Shown here: positions 19,672 through 28,478 of the stretch, piece by piece
Numbering within the stretch: position 1 is the first letter of the stretch
Layout: every line of letters starts with the position of its first letter
IMG/VR virus record: IMGVR_UViG_3300021957_000042
Coordinates: 1-58,459 of that record
Length of the DNA stretch: 58,459 nt
Source: a virus
Lineage: Duplodnaviria > Caudoviricetes
Reading direction: 5' to 3' (one strand)
The notes under the pieces: generated by a model
Seen by the model: only the letters and a program-made list of their open reading frames with translations
Told to the model about the DNA's origin: nothing
Databases searched by the model: none
Program-made: the position numbers and the translations under genes

Positions 19672-20637
19672 ATGCTATCGTTTACTTCGCCGCAAATTAA
19701 AGCAATCTTAATGAAGCCTATTCAAATTAAGGCTTGTATTAATGAAGTTATTACACTAGAAAGCACTAGTGTTATTTCTACAAGTACTTGTATGGATATT
19801 GTTGTTGAATTGTTTGATGATATTCGAACGGGTGATGCAGTTACTTTATTTGCTGAATTAGCAACACTTGAAACTCAACTTCATGAATGGAGTTCTTATC
19901 TATATCGCACAACTGATGAACTAAATGCAGAGATCGGTCTTGCGGGTTCTGACATAAGTCGAGTAAACACACTGAGGTCTGAACTTACAAATGTGTTTAA
20001 TTTGATGAATTCAGGTTATAGTGCTGCCGCAAAGGTAACACAACATACAGATTCATTGTCAAATGATTTTTTTGGTAGTACACCATATTATCAATTAAAT
20101 TATCTAACAGCATATCCTGCTTCAACATTTGATTTTATTTATAATGAAACAATAATTGATACTATTGTTTCTGAAATCGAAACTGCTAAAAACACATTGC
20201 TAAATCAACAATCTGAATTGACAAGATTGAAAGCAACTTATGCAACAACAATTGAACCAACTCCTTTAGTTGGTTCTGCATCTTGGATGCCAGCAACAAT
20301 TTGGATTCGTGCAGAAGACAATAATGTCAATCCACGATTAACATTCTATACTGATGCAAATTTAATTACTGGTATGGGCTCACGTTTCCCAGTTGATTCT
20401 CTACTTGTTCGTTCAGGTAGTGCGTATACGATCAACTATGATGATTCATTAGCAGTAAATACAGCACTTAAAATTGTTGATTCAGGTGCAAATGTTGTTA
20501 GTATTGTTTCTGGATCACAAGGTGTATTCACTGGAGATAAGTTCCGCTCAATGATTGTTCGACAAACTTCTGGTACACCAGCAGATTTATCAACCCAAAA
20601 TAATGCTGGTGTAAATTCGTTTGTTGTTGTTCCCTAA
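19672..20637 (+). CDS. hypothetical protein, possibly structural
   Basis: Coiled-coil N-half, S/T/V-rich beta C-half. Confidence 0.65.
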   Translation: MLSFTSPQIKAILMKPIQIKACINEVITLESTSVISTSTCMDIVVELFDDIRTGDAVTLFAELATLETQLHEWSSYLYRTTDELNAEIGLAGSDISRVNTLRSELTNVFNLMNSGYSAAAKVTQHTDSLSNDFFGSTPYYQLNYLTAYPASTFDFIYNETIIDTIVSEIETAKNTLLNQQSELTRLKATYATTIEPTPLVGSASWMPATIWIRAEDNNVNPRLTFYTDANLITGMGSRFPVDSLLVRSGSAYTINYDDSLAVNTALKIVDSGANVVSIVSGSQGVFTGDKFRSMIVRQTSGTPADLSTQNNAGVNSFVVVP

Positions 20638-20652
20638 TTAAAAGGATATATT

Positions 20653-21150
20653 ATGAAATTAAAAGTTTTTAAACTGAATGAAAAAGCAATAATGCCTTCC
20701 TTTGCAACGGAAGGCTCTGCTTGTTTTGATTTGTGCGCTTGTCTATGTGAAGGATCAGACGAAATACTAGTATATCATAATATTGATAGTGAAAACATTA
20801 TCATTGCAGATAATGTTTTTGTACTTGAGCCAAGAAAACGTGTAATGATTCCAACGGGATTAATATTCGATATACCAAAAGGCTATAGTGTTCGTTTGCA
20901 TCCACGGTCTGGACTTGCATTAAAAAGTGGAATTAATTTAGTCAATCAAGAGGCTGTTATTGATTCCGATTATGTACATGAAGTAAAAATACTCCTCACA
21001 AATACAACAAGTACATCATTTATAGTTGAACATGGTATGCGAATATGCCAAGGTGAACTTGTCAAATCAGTAAATACAGAGTTTTCCGAAACAAAAAAGA
21101 AACCTGTAGAATCTACTCGAAATGGTGGTTTCGGCTCAACAGGTGTTTAA
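20653..21150 (+). CDS. dut: dUTP diphosphatase (trimeric)
   Basis: GSACFDL, PRSGLA, VIDSDY, RICQ, RNGGFGSTG. Confidence 0.95.
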   Translation: MKLKVFKLNEKAIMPSFATEGSACFDLCACLCEGSDEILVYHNIDSENIIIADNVFVLEPRKRVMIPTGLIFDIPKGYSVRLHPRSGLALKSGINLVNQEAVIDSDYVHEVKILLTNTTSTSFIVEHGMRICQGELVKSVNTEFSETKKKPVESTRNGGFGSTGV

Positions 21151-21323
21151 TGTTATTCACACCAAAAGAAGTCCGTGATTACAGATATGATATCTGTCAA
21201 GCATGTCCTAAATTTAAAAGAAAAATAAAAATGTGTGGCGTTTGTAAATGTTTTATGCCTGTAAAGGTTAAAATAGCAAGCACACATTGTCCTGATAATA
21301 AATGGGGACCACATCGAAAATAA
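21150..21323 (+). CDS. Small Cys-rich protein, 57 aa (not in ORF track)
   Basis: RYDICQACP...CGVCKCFM...CPDNKW; TAATG-coupled to dut. Confidence 0.75.
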   Translation: MLFTPKEVRDYRYDICQACPKFKRKIKMCGVCKCFMPVKVKIASTHCPDNKWGPHRK

Positions 21324-21336
21324 ATAAAGGAGCAAA

Positions 21337-21537
21337 GTGAAATCTGTATTTTATGTAATTTATGTAATTGCTGCTTATCTAGTTTTAACTTCTTTATTTT
21401 CTGCTATATTTTCAGTACAGCAAACTAAGCAAACCAGTTTTCATTATGAAACGTTTGTAAAACTTTGCGATAATAATTATGTTGATTTAGCAGATGATGC
21501 AAGAAGAAAATGTGATCAAATATATTCTAATCGATAA
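21337..21537 (+). CDS. Small membrane protein
   Basis: GTG start after AAGGAG; N-terminal TM helix. Confidence 0.6.
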   Translation: MKSVFYVIYVIAAYLVLTSLFSAIFSVQQTKQTSFHYETFVKLCDNNYVDLADDARRKCDQIYSNR

Positions 21538-21540
21538 ATA
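21533..21540 (+). promoter_or_regulatory. Late-type promoter motif GATAAATA
   Basis: Immediately upstream of the endolysin RBS. Confidence 0.5.
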
Positions 21541-21553
21541 ATATAGGAGGAAG

Positions 21554-22012
21554 ATGGCTTTTAAATTATCACAAAGGTCTCTCGGTAGACTTGAAGGTGT
21601 TAAACCAGAATTAGTTGATGTTGTTAAGAGAGCAATTGAATTGACAACTGTAGATTTTGGCGTCACTGAAGGAGTCCGCACAGTTGAGCGGCAAAAGGAA
21701 CTTGTTGAAAAAGGTGCCTCTCAAACAATGAAGTCAAAGCATATCACAGGTGATGCCGTTGATTTGATGGCATACATTGGTGGTAAAGGTTGCTGGGAAT
21801 TAAATGTCTATGATGAAGTTGCTGATGCAATGAAGGCTGCAGCAAAGGAACTTGATGTAAAAATCAAGTGGGGTGCAGCATGGTCAGTTGATTGTCTCAA
21901 TGATTGGGAAGACACTGCAGAGGCTGCAATGAATTCATATGTAGATTTGAGAAGAAGTCAAGGTCGCCGACCATTCATTGATGGACCACATTTCGAACTT
22001 GTAATTTCATAA
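21554..22012 (+). CDS. Endolysin, peptidase M15 (L-Ala-D-Glu peptidase-like)
   Basis: LSQRSL..LEGV, GVRT.ERQ, SKH..GDAVD, DGPHFEL. Confidence 0.9.
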   Translation: MAFKLSQRSLGRLEGVKPELVDVVKRAIELTTVDFGVTEGVRTVERQKELVEKGASQTMKSKHITGDAVDLMAYIGGKGCWELNVYDEVADAMKAAAKELDVKIKWGAAWSVDCLNDWEDTAEAAMNSYVDLRRSQGRRPFIDGPHFELVIS

Positions 22013-22085
22013 ATATTATTATATAATGATCAAGTGATTGTCCTCTCACAGTAGAGAGAGTTTGCCGATCTTTCACAACCAAAAC

Positions 22086-22114
22086 TTGACAAAGAGGAAG
22101 TACAGTGCTATACT
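22086..22114 (+). promoter_or_regulatory. sigma70-type promoter
   Basis: TTGACA(22086)-17 nt-TATACT(22109) with extended TG. Confidence 0.7.
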
Positions 22115-22162
22115 GATCTTACTGGGAGAGATTTTTTCAACCCGTAATTCTGGAGATCATTC

Positions 22163-22360
22163 ATGTACACATCGATTCCGTCCTTTGAAGACACTGAGGT
22201 AAATATTACGAAAGTAATGTATCAGTATCCTAAAGCCTGGGAATTTGATTTCGTTTCATCGGGAAATGAACGAATAATGCGAGGTAGATTTCAATCACCT
22301 CTTGACGGAAATGATTTAATCTGGCGAAATATCGCCAAACTTCAGAAGCATGTATTTTGA
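22163..22360 (+). CDS. hypothetical protein
   Basis: GGAG RBS, follows promoter. Confidence 0.65.
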   Translation: MYTSIPSFEDTEVNITKVMYQYPKAWEFDFVSSGNERIMRGRFQSPLDGNDLIWRNIAKLQKHVF

Positions 22361-22401
22361 AAAAACATTTGTTTTTTGACCAGTAATTTATAGGAGGTCT
22401 C

Positions 22402-22662
22402 ATGTCTCGAACATACCGAAATCCCAATGCTAAATTTAATCTTTTTCGCAAGCCAAAGCATAAAGGTGTTCTTCAAGCCGCTACAGATGAATATGGAATT
22501 CGCCCAGGTGCAAAGCCACCAACTGACAGAGAGGATATATTTGTGAAGGCCCGCCGAGAAGACTTTAACTTTTATAAAAAGGAGCAAAAGTATGACAAAA
22601 TTTTTCGGGATCATCGTAAGGTTAAAGAAAGGAGCTTAGACCGAATTGACATTTCTGCATAA
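22402..22662 (+). CDS. hypothetical basic protein
   Basis: AGGAGG RBS. Confidence 0.7.
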   Translation: MSRTYRNPNAKFNLFRKPKHKGVLQAATDEYGIRPGAKPPTDREDIFVKARREDFNFYKKEQKYDKIFRDHRKVKERSLDRIDISA

Positions 22663-22680
22663 CTTAACAATCTAAAACTG

Positions 22681-22702
22681 TGAGGACATTAAGTTGTCCT
22701 CA
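22681..22702 (+). terminator. Hairpin, probable terminator
   Basis: tgaggaca-ttaagt-tgtcctca. Confidence 0.5.
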
Positions 22703-22721
22703 TTATTAAGGCTATTATATT

Positions 22722-23705
22722 ATGAGTAAAAACAGACAAGGTTCTGCATTCAATCCAGAAACTCAAGTTCGTAAAATAGAATTTAAAGTTGAAACTATAA
22801 CAAAAGATCGTGCAATTGCTTTTGTTTCAAAATATCATTATTCACCTGTGATGCCTGTACAAACAAAATATTTTCTCGGTTTCTTTGATGAAGGTAAGTT
22901 AAAAGGTGTTTTGACATTAGGTTATGGTGTGCAGCCAAGACATACAATTAATAAAATATTACCAACATGTAGTGATGAAATCATGGAACATCACATTGAG
23001 TATAAAGGAAAAAAGTCTAAGAAAATATATCATAATCCACTAGATGAATGGTATTTTGAAATTGGTAAAATGTGTATGTCTGATGATATGCTAAAGAATT
23101 CCGAAACACAAATGCTTTCTGCAACTGTAAAATGGTTGAAACGCCACTCGAAAAAAACTAAGTTTTTGTATACTATGGCTGATGGCATCATGGGTAAGCA
23201 TGGTGGTGTATATCAAAGTTTTAGTATGTACTATGGTGGTATGAAATCAACTGAAATCTATCGTAGCAAAACAGGCGAGAGAATTCATCCTAGAAGTTCA
23301 GCCGCAATGTGTAAAGAAGATGCTAGAATAGAAGGTATTGATAAGAGAACAAGATTATCGATATCATATATGGAAAGTAAAGGTATACAACATGTACATG
23401 GATATATGGTTTGTTATATGATACCTCTCAATCCAGAAGGTAAAAGACTTATAGCTGAAGCAATGCCTTTTGAGAGAACTTCAAGTACATGTAAATGGCA
23501 AAAGGGAAACTATCCTAAATTTGAAGATTTACGATGGTTTATAAGAGTTCGCAAAGAAGGTGATAATGATTATAATCCAAAAACAGAAAAAGTTGAGATT
23601 AATCAACCTGAATTTAATTATGACAATATTGAGTATAATCCTCAATTAAAAAAACGATTGTATAAATCTAACATACCAAATTTAGAAGATATTCTTTCAG
23701 AATAA
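22722..23705 (+). CDS. Mom-like DNA adenine modification enzyme (GNAT fold)
   Basis: KYHYS, LGFF..GKL.GVLTLGYG, EIGKMC..DD..KNSETQML, LYTMADG.MGK.G.VYQ...YYGG resemble the Mu Mom family. Confidence 0.75.
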   Translation: MSKNRQGSAFNPETQVRKIEFKVETITKDRAIAFVSKYHYSPVMPVQTKYFLGFFDEGKLKGVLTLGYGVQPRHTINKILPTCSDEIMEHHIEYKGKKSKKIYHNPLDEWYFEIGKMCMSDDMLKNSETQMLSATVKWLKRHSKKTKFLYTMADGIMGKHGGVYQSFSMYYGGMKSTEIYRSKTGERIHPRSSAAMCKEDARIEGIDKRTRLSISYMESKGIQHVHGYMVCYMIPLNPEGKRLIAEAMPFERTSSTCKWQKGNYPKFEDLRWFIRVRKEGDNDYNPKTEKVEINQPEFNYDNIEYNPQLKKRLYKSNIPNLEDILSE

Positions 23706-23717
23706 AAGGAGGTATAA

Positions 23718-23894
23718 ATGTTTGATATAGTATTTGGTGGCCTTTTATTTTTTGCATTTGGATTGGGAGCAGTTTTGATTCTATTATTTTTTGTCTTTTG
23801 GCCTATGCAAATAAAGAAACGCCATGATTATTGGTGTCATCGTCAGAATATTGAACATGGTGATGACCATGGAAATCAGGAGCCACATGTATAA
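23718..23894 (+). CDS. Small membrane protein, 58 aa (not in ORF track)
   Basis: AGGAGG RBS; MFDIVFGGLLFFAFGLGAVLILLFFVFW TM segment. Confidence 0.7.
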   Translation: MFDIVFGGLLFFAFGLGAVLILLFFVFWPMQIKKRHDYWCHRQNIEHGDDHGNQEPHV

Positions 23895-24072
23895 ACTAAT
23901 TGATTATATAACACATCATCTGCCCGAGACAATTCATATCAATCCTAAAAGAAGAAAGATCCTCTCAAACATTCTGTACTATGGTGCATTAGTCAATGCA
24001 ATTGTTTTTATGTTTTTATATGTGACTTTATATTATGGATATGATGTTTTTGGTCTCAAAGGATTAATCTGA
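23887..24072 (+). CDS. Small membrane protein
   Basis: AGGAG RBS; C-terminal TM segment. Confidence 0.6.
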   Translation: MYKLIDYITHHLPETIHINPKRRKILSNILYYGALVNAIVFMFLYVTLYYGYDVFGLKGLI

Positions 24073-24086
24073 AACTCAAAATCGAC

Positions 24087-24134
24087 GAAAAAAAGTTCTT
24101 GACATTTACATTTCATCTGATATGATCTGATCAT
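24087..24134 (+). promoter_or_regulatory. Repeated early promoter, copy 1
   Basis: GAAAAAAAGTTCTTGACA-16 nt-TATGATCTGATCAT. Confidence 0.85.
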
Positions 24135-24153
24135 TCATTTTTCAAGGAGTTCT

Positions 24154-24582
24154 ATGAAACGTTCAGAGTTGCCAGAAGGAATTGAAATTATTGATAATCG
24201 TGAAAAATGTGTTGTGATTGGCTGCAACAAAGTCGGTCAGCACATGGGACAATACCGCAAAGATGGATCAGTGGTTCGCCGAGCAACCTGTGATATGCAT
24301 CATGGCCTACGCTACAACATTGGTGGCTGGGAATACAAGCAATATCGCAAAGACTATTGTGAGAACAAAGATGGTCGCCTCGGTTTCGAATGTACTGCAA
24401 CAATCATCATGCAATTGATGCTTGACGTAGATCATATCGATGGAAACCCTGAGAACAATTCACAAGAAAACTTGCAAACTCTCTGCAAGAATTGCCACGC
24501 CTACAAGACTTGGGTCAATCAGGACGGTTTGACCGAAGGCCGAAAGACCTTGAAAGAAAAACGTAAACTCTCCAATCAGTGA
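24154..24582 (+). CDS. HNH endonuclease-domain protein
   Basis: LDVDHIDGNPENNSQENLQTLCKNCHAYKT. Confidence 0.85.
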   Translation: MKRSELPEGIEIIDNREKCVVIGCNKVGQHMGQYRKDGSVVRRATCDMHHGLRYNIGGWEYKQYRKDYCENKDGRLGFECTATIIMQLMLDVDHIDGNPENNSQENLQTLCKNCHAYKTWVNQDGLTEGRKTLKEKRKLSNQ

Positions 24583-24590
24583 GGTATATT

Positions 24591-24851
24591 ATGATAGCAA
24601 GAGATCTTGAATTCCAGCTGGAAGAAAGACAACATCTCAAAGTTCTGCATCAATCAATGCAAATGCTCCGTGATGACTTGGCTGAACAACGGATGGCTTT
24701 GCCTGAACGCCACAAAATAAACAGACTTGGAGACCAAATTGCATACGATGAACTAACAATGCAATTGCTTGCCGTGCAAATGGATTTGGATCAACTCGCC
24801 ACCAAACTTGAGAAAACAGGCACAACGAAAATTTTTCCAAAAAGTTCTTGA
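24591..24851 (+). CDS. hypothetical coiled-coil protein
   Basis: GAGG RBS; stop codon lies inside the next promoter repeat. Confidence 0.65.
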   Translation: MIARDLEFQLEERQHLKVLHQSMQMLRDDLAEQRMALPERHKINRLGDQIAYDELTMQLLAVQMDLDQLATKLEKTGTTKIFPKSS

Positions 24852-24883
24852 CATTTTCGATCCATCTGATATGATCTGATCAT
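24839..24883 (+). promoter_or_regulatory. Repeated early promoter, copy 2
   Basis: AAAAAGTTCTTGACA-16 nt-TATGATCTGATCAT. Confidence 0.85.
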
Positions 24884-24912
24884 TCGATGACAGATCACAC
24901 ACAAGGAGCCAA

Positions 24913-25239
24913 ATGATACCTCAAAGAGAAATTCTTCGAATGGCGATTCAAGCAACCGCTCAGGAAATGGCAGTAAGCCGAAGACGGTTAGCCCGAATCT
25001 CTGATGAGACTATGCAAGAGTTTTGTGAGGAAGTTGAAAATCGACTTCGTGAAACTCATCTCTGGGGATTCATGGTTGATTACCCCCAAGTTCTTCCAGA
25101 GCATATTCTTGATATCTTCTTCAACACTGATGAAGAAGATTGGCGAGAACGCCGAGAAATTCACCGCAGACATGAAGAGCAGTGGGAAGACAGAAGCCCA
25201 ATTGAATATTGGGAAAACATCAGGCACCTAAACTTCTAA
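24913..25239 (+). CDS. hypothetical early protein
   Basis: AAGGAG RBS after promoter repeat. Confidence 0.75.
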   Translation: MIPQREILRMAIQATAQEMAVSRRRLARISDETMQEFCEEVENRLRETHLWGFMVDYPQVLPEHILDIFFNTDEEDWRERREIHRRHEEQWEDRSPIEYWENIRHLNF

Positions 25240-25254
25240 TCAACAAAGAATTTC

Positions 25255-25314
25255 AAAAAGTTCTTGACATTTCCTGCTAGTCTGATATGATCTGATCATA
25301 GTGATTGAGACACA
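25255..25314 (+). promoter_or_regulatory. Repeated early promoter, copy 3
   Basis: AAAAAGTTCTTGACATTTCCTGCTAGTCTGATATGATCTGATCATAGTGATTGAGACACA. Confidence 0.85.
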
Positions 25315-25332
25315 ACACACACGGAGCGCACA

Positions 25333-25590
25333 ATGAGCAATCACACTATCACAGTCATCCCTCACAAAATTTGGAAGAACAGCAAGACCAATCAGACCGC
25401 ATCAATTTACGGTGCAGTTCCTGCAGGAGATAACTGGTCTGTAGTTAAAGCCGGATTTACTGTACGCATCAACAACAACGGTTCACTCAGCACCGGATTG
25501 TCATCCCTACCAAACAACGCAACAATTGAAGAGGCAACTGAAGTTGCCAACCGCTATGCTGCTCTAAGTCCAAATTGTGTTGTAATCTAA
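25333..25590 (+). CDS. hypothetical early protein
   Basis: GGAG RBS after promoter repeat. Confidence 0.75.
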   Translation: MSNHTITVIPHKIWKNSKTNQTASIYGAVPAGDNWSVVKAGFTVRINNNGSLSTGLSSLPNNATIEEATEVANRYAALSPNCVVI

Positions 25591-25598
25591 ACTTTTTC

Positions 25599-25660
25599 GA
25601 AAAAAGTTCTTGACTTTCCTGTCCAGTCTGATATGATCTGATCATAGTGATTGAGACACA
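25599..25660 (+). promoter_or_regulatory. Repeated early promoter, copy 4
   Basis: GAAAAAAGTTCTTGACTTTCCTGTCCAGTCTGATATGATCTGATCATAGTGATTGAGACACA. Confidence 0.85.
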
Positions 25661-25682
25661 CCAACCTCAAACGAGAATCGTC

Positions 25683-25922
25683 ATGTTTCTTCGTCAACAA
25701 AAGCTTCTGAAACTCGCCACAATGATGAACCTCACTCCTGCTCAAACCGCTTGGTTGCCAGCAACCTTCGACAAAGCCGCCGAGAAAGTGAACATGAGCC
25801 ACGACCTGTTCTACCGCCACATGGAAACTAGTAAAGAATTGCGAGACTACATCAAAGACGGCATCGTGAGATGTAGCCAAAACATTGCTCTTTCTGTTTA
25901 CAAGACCCCAGCAACCATCTAA
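25683..25922 (+). CDS. hypothetical early protein
   Basis: ATG after GAGA RBS; the track's GTG start falls inside the promoter repeat. Confidence 0.7.
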   Translation: MFLRQQKLLKLATMMNLTPAQTAWLPATFDKAAEKVNMSHDLFYRHMETSKELRDYIKDGIVRCSQNIALSVYKTPATI

Positions 25923-25932
25923 GGAGATGATC

Positions 25933-26145
25933 ATGTCAAAGTCAGAAATGCGACAAGCAATTGAAAATGCCATGGCTCGCTACGACAGACCAGTCGAGAA
26001 AATCGAAAAGGTCCTTGGTGAAAATCTGTTGAACAAATATACTGCCAACTATCGTGCCGGATCCGGTCAATTGAGACTTGGCAAGAACAGCAGCGGCAAG
26101 CATTGCATGTCAGAAACAGGCGGAAAGCAAAAAGCTTTTTATTGA
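25933..26145 (+). CDS. hypothetical early protein
   Basis: AAGGAG RBS. Confidence 0.7.
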   Translation: MSKSEMRQAIENAMARYDRPVEKIEKVLGENLLNKYTANYRAGSGQLRLGKNSSGKHCMSETGGKQKAFY

Positions 26146-26153
26146 AATTTTTC

Positions 26154-26200
26154 GAAAAAAGTTCTTGACATTCCTGACCAGTCTGTTAAGATCTGATCAT
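26154..26200 (+). promoter_or_regulatory. Repeated early promoter, copy 5
   Basis: GAAAAAAGTTCTTGACA-16 nt-TAAGATCTGATCAT. Confidence 0.85.
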
Positions 26201-26241
26201 GTTGAGTGATTGATTAATAACACACACAATGAGGAGCCACT

Positions 26242-27237
26242 ATGGCACTAAAAAGAGTTACCCTTGAGCAGTTCAGCACCGCTATCATCAACCACTACGG
26301 TCGTGAAATCATGAACCGTACCGAAATCAATAGCTTCGCCGCATCTGCCGGTTACTCTCGTCCAAACGGCTGGGATACTGACCAAATTGCCAGAGGCAAA
26401 TACCGCTTCAGCAAGACATCCGCAGCCAAAATCGGTCGTGTAAAGATTGATTATGATAACTTGAGTGATGATTCTCAAGAAGTCTTTGAAGACCTTGCGA
26501 TGTTGACTCGAGCTGTTGCTGCAAAAGCAATCAATTCTGTAATCGTAACCGGCTCAGCCGGCGTCGGCAAAACACATACTGTGACCGATGAGTTGAACCG
26601 CCGTGGTCTTCGCAAAGACCATGACTACGTTATTCTCAAAAGTAAGACTAGCCCACTCGGTTTGTACATGACCTTGTTCTTGCATCAAGACAAAATCATC
26701 ATTTTTGATGATATGGATGATGCGCTCAAGAACGATGATTGTGCCAGCATCCTGAAAGCGGCACTTGACTCCTACGAAGATCGTGAAATCTCCTGGAGTT
26801 CGAAGCGTATGGTAAATGTTGTTGGCGCTACGCCAGATACTCGCCGTCAAGTTGAGAGTGATGCCCGTGATGCTCTGCGCAATGGCGAAACTGATGTACA
26901 ATTGCCAAATCGCTTTATGTTCAAAGGCAATGTTATCTTCATCTCCAACTTGTCTTCTGACAAGTTCGACAAGGCAGTAATGTCTCGTAGTATGAAGATT
27001 GACTTGACCATGAGTGACAAGCAAGTGTTTGCTCGTATGAAGACCATCGTGCAGAAGCTGAAAGGCATCTCACCAAACCTTGCTCGTCGAGCAATGTCTG
27101 TCATCATTGATGACTACAATACCGGCAAAGGTGATGTGCCTAACATGCGCACCGTCATCAACTACGCCAAAGTGCTTTCTGCTCCCGGTGTGACCAATGA
27201 TCCTCGCAAACTCGAGCGATTGTCAAAATACTGCTGA
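26242..27237 (+). CDS. AAA-family P-loop ATPase with N-terminal helical domain
   Basis: TGSAGVGKT Walker A, IIIFDDMD Walker B, ILKAALD, FISN, AVMSRS. Confidence 0.85.
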   Translation: MALKRVTLEQFSTAIINHYGREIMNRTEINSFAASAGYSRPNGWDTDQIARGKYRFSKTSAAKIGRVKIDYDNLSDDSQEVFEDLAMLTRAVAAKAINSVIVTGSAGVGKTHTVTDELNRRGLRKDHDYVILKSKTSPLGLYMTLFLHQDKIIIFDDMDDALKNDDCASILKAALDSYEDREISWSSKRMVNVVGATPDTRRQVESDARDALRNGETDVQLPNRFMFKGNVIFISNLSSDKFDKAVMSRSMKIDLTMSDKQVFARMKTIVQKLKGISPNLARRAMSVIIDDYNTGKGDVPNMRTVINYAKVLSAPGVTNDPRKLERLSKYC

Positions 27238-27250
27238 TAGCAGTTTCATA

Positions 27251-27280
27251 GCCTCGCCCTGCGAGGCTTTTCCCCTTTCT
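27251..27280 (+). terminator. Intrinsic terminator
   Basis: gcctcgc-cct-gcgaggc followed by T-rich tail. Confidence 0.7.
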
Positions 27281-27298
27281 ATTATTTGAGGAACTGAA

Positions 27299-27487
27299 AT
27301 GATTGGATACAAGCTTATTCTAAAAACCAAAACAAATGAGATACATAAGATTGATGGTTGGATTCGGCATGGCAACAAACTTACCAAGAAGCTGGCTGAA
27401 CAACTTGCAAGAGAAGAATTAGCAGATCCACAGTACATGTCAGCAACTGTACTTACTGAAAATGGCACTAAAGTATATTCACGATAA
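27299..27487 (+). CDS. hypothetical protein
   Basis: GAGGA RBS. Confidence 0.65.
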   Translation: MIGYKLILKTKTNEIHKIDGWIRHGNKLTKKLAEQLAREELADPQYMSATVLTENGTKVYSR

Positions 27488-27496
27488 GGAGAAAAT

Positions 27497-27976
27497 ATGG
27501 GACTTGATATGAGTGTCCACGAAATTCGTCCATGGGAAAAACGGGAATTGAATCGATTTATAGTTGCAATTCGAAAAGCTACACCATCAATCAATGTGAA
27601 CAATCTTGATGCGGATGATGAAGTTGATGTTGATGCATTGTTTCTAAAAAATCCAACAATACCTGTACCATATCAAATTGGTCTTGAGTTGTGTTATTGG
27701 CGTAAACATCCAGATCTTCATGGTTGGATGCGAGATTTATTTTATGAAAAAGGTGGTAGTTCAGATTCATCATTCAATGGTGATGTTGTATTTCTCACTG
27801 TTGAAGATGTAGATAATCTAAAAACAGCAGTGCTTAATGGCACTTTACCGACTACTACAGGATTCTTTTTTGGTGACTCCGATGAAGATCGTAAAACAAT
27901 TGACCTAGAATCAATTGACAAGATGCTCGAGGCTCTTGAAAACGGTTCATCAATCTATTACACTTCATCATGGTAA
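27497..27976 (+). CDS. Conserved phage hypothetical protein
   Basis: MGLD, YWRKHPDLHGWM, LPTTTGFFFG, YYTSSW pattern. Confidence 0.75.
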   Translation: MGLDMSVHEIRPWEKRELNRFIVAIRKATPSINVNNLDADDEVDVDALFLKNPTIPVPYQIGLELCYWRKHPDLHGWMRDLFYEKGGSSDSSFNGDVVFLTVEDVDNLKTAVLNGTLPTTTGFFFGDSDEDRKTIDLESIDKMLEALENGSSIYYTSSW

Positions 27977-27998
27977 TCATATACCAATAAGAGGAAAT

Positions 27999-28478
27999 AT
28001 GTATTGGATTGAATTGATTAACTTGATTTACATGTCATTGGTGTTTTTAGCACCATTCATTTTATTAATTTTATTCCTATTATTGTGTAGACGTATGGCA
28101 GAAAAACACTGGGCTCGACAATCAGAAAAAAGCTTATTAGCTACTCGACAGAAACTCATGGCCGAATGCAATGCCTTCAACAAAGGCCTTTCTCCTCGCT
28201 TGAGAAAAAGTTATGAGGAATACGTGGCCTATAAATATGGCATTGTAACACCAGAACCCGATCTTCGTTGGATCTCAATACCAAAAGAAGAGGTTGTGTA
28301 TCGACGTGAAGAACAGCATGTGCCAAGTTTAAATAGTGGTGTTCTTTGTCCTGCAGAAAAGACAGAAAAAGTATATACTGGTGAGGTTGTAACTGGTATT
28401 GCAACAATGCATAAATCAAATCAAATTCCGGTTATCAATAAACAGCAGGCAAAAGACTTGGCATCAATGAGGCGATAA
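27999..28478 (+). CDS. Conserved T4-like hypothetical protein with N-terminal TM
   Basis: C-terminal YTG..VTGIATMHKSN.IPV...ASMRR; GAGGA RBS. Confidence 0.7.
   Translation: MYWIELINLIYMSLVFLAPFILLILFLLLCRRMAEKHWARQSEKSLLATRQKLMAECNAFNKGLSPRLRKSYEEYVAYKYGIVTPEPDLRWISIPKEEVVYRREEQHVPSLNSGVLCPAEKTEKVYTGEVVTGIATMHKSNQIPVINKQQAKDLASMRR

Noticed and set aside
24154-24582. HNH as an intron-encoded homing endonuclease
   Set aside because: It is free-standing with its own promoter, and no interrupted gene or intron structure is seen
24087-26200. Repeated ~45-bp motif as a CRISPR array
   Set aside because: The intervening sequences are about 300-700 bp of protein-coding genes, the repeats carry -35/-10 boxes, and there are no cas genes
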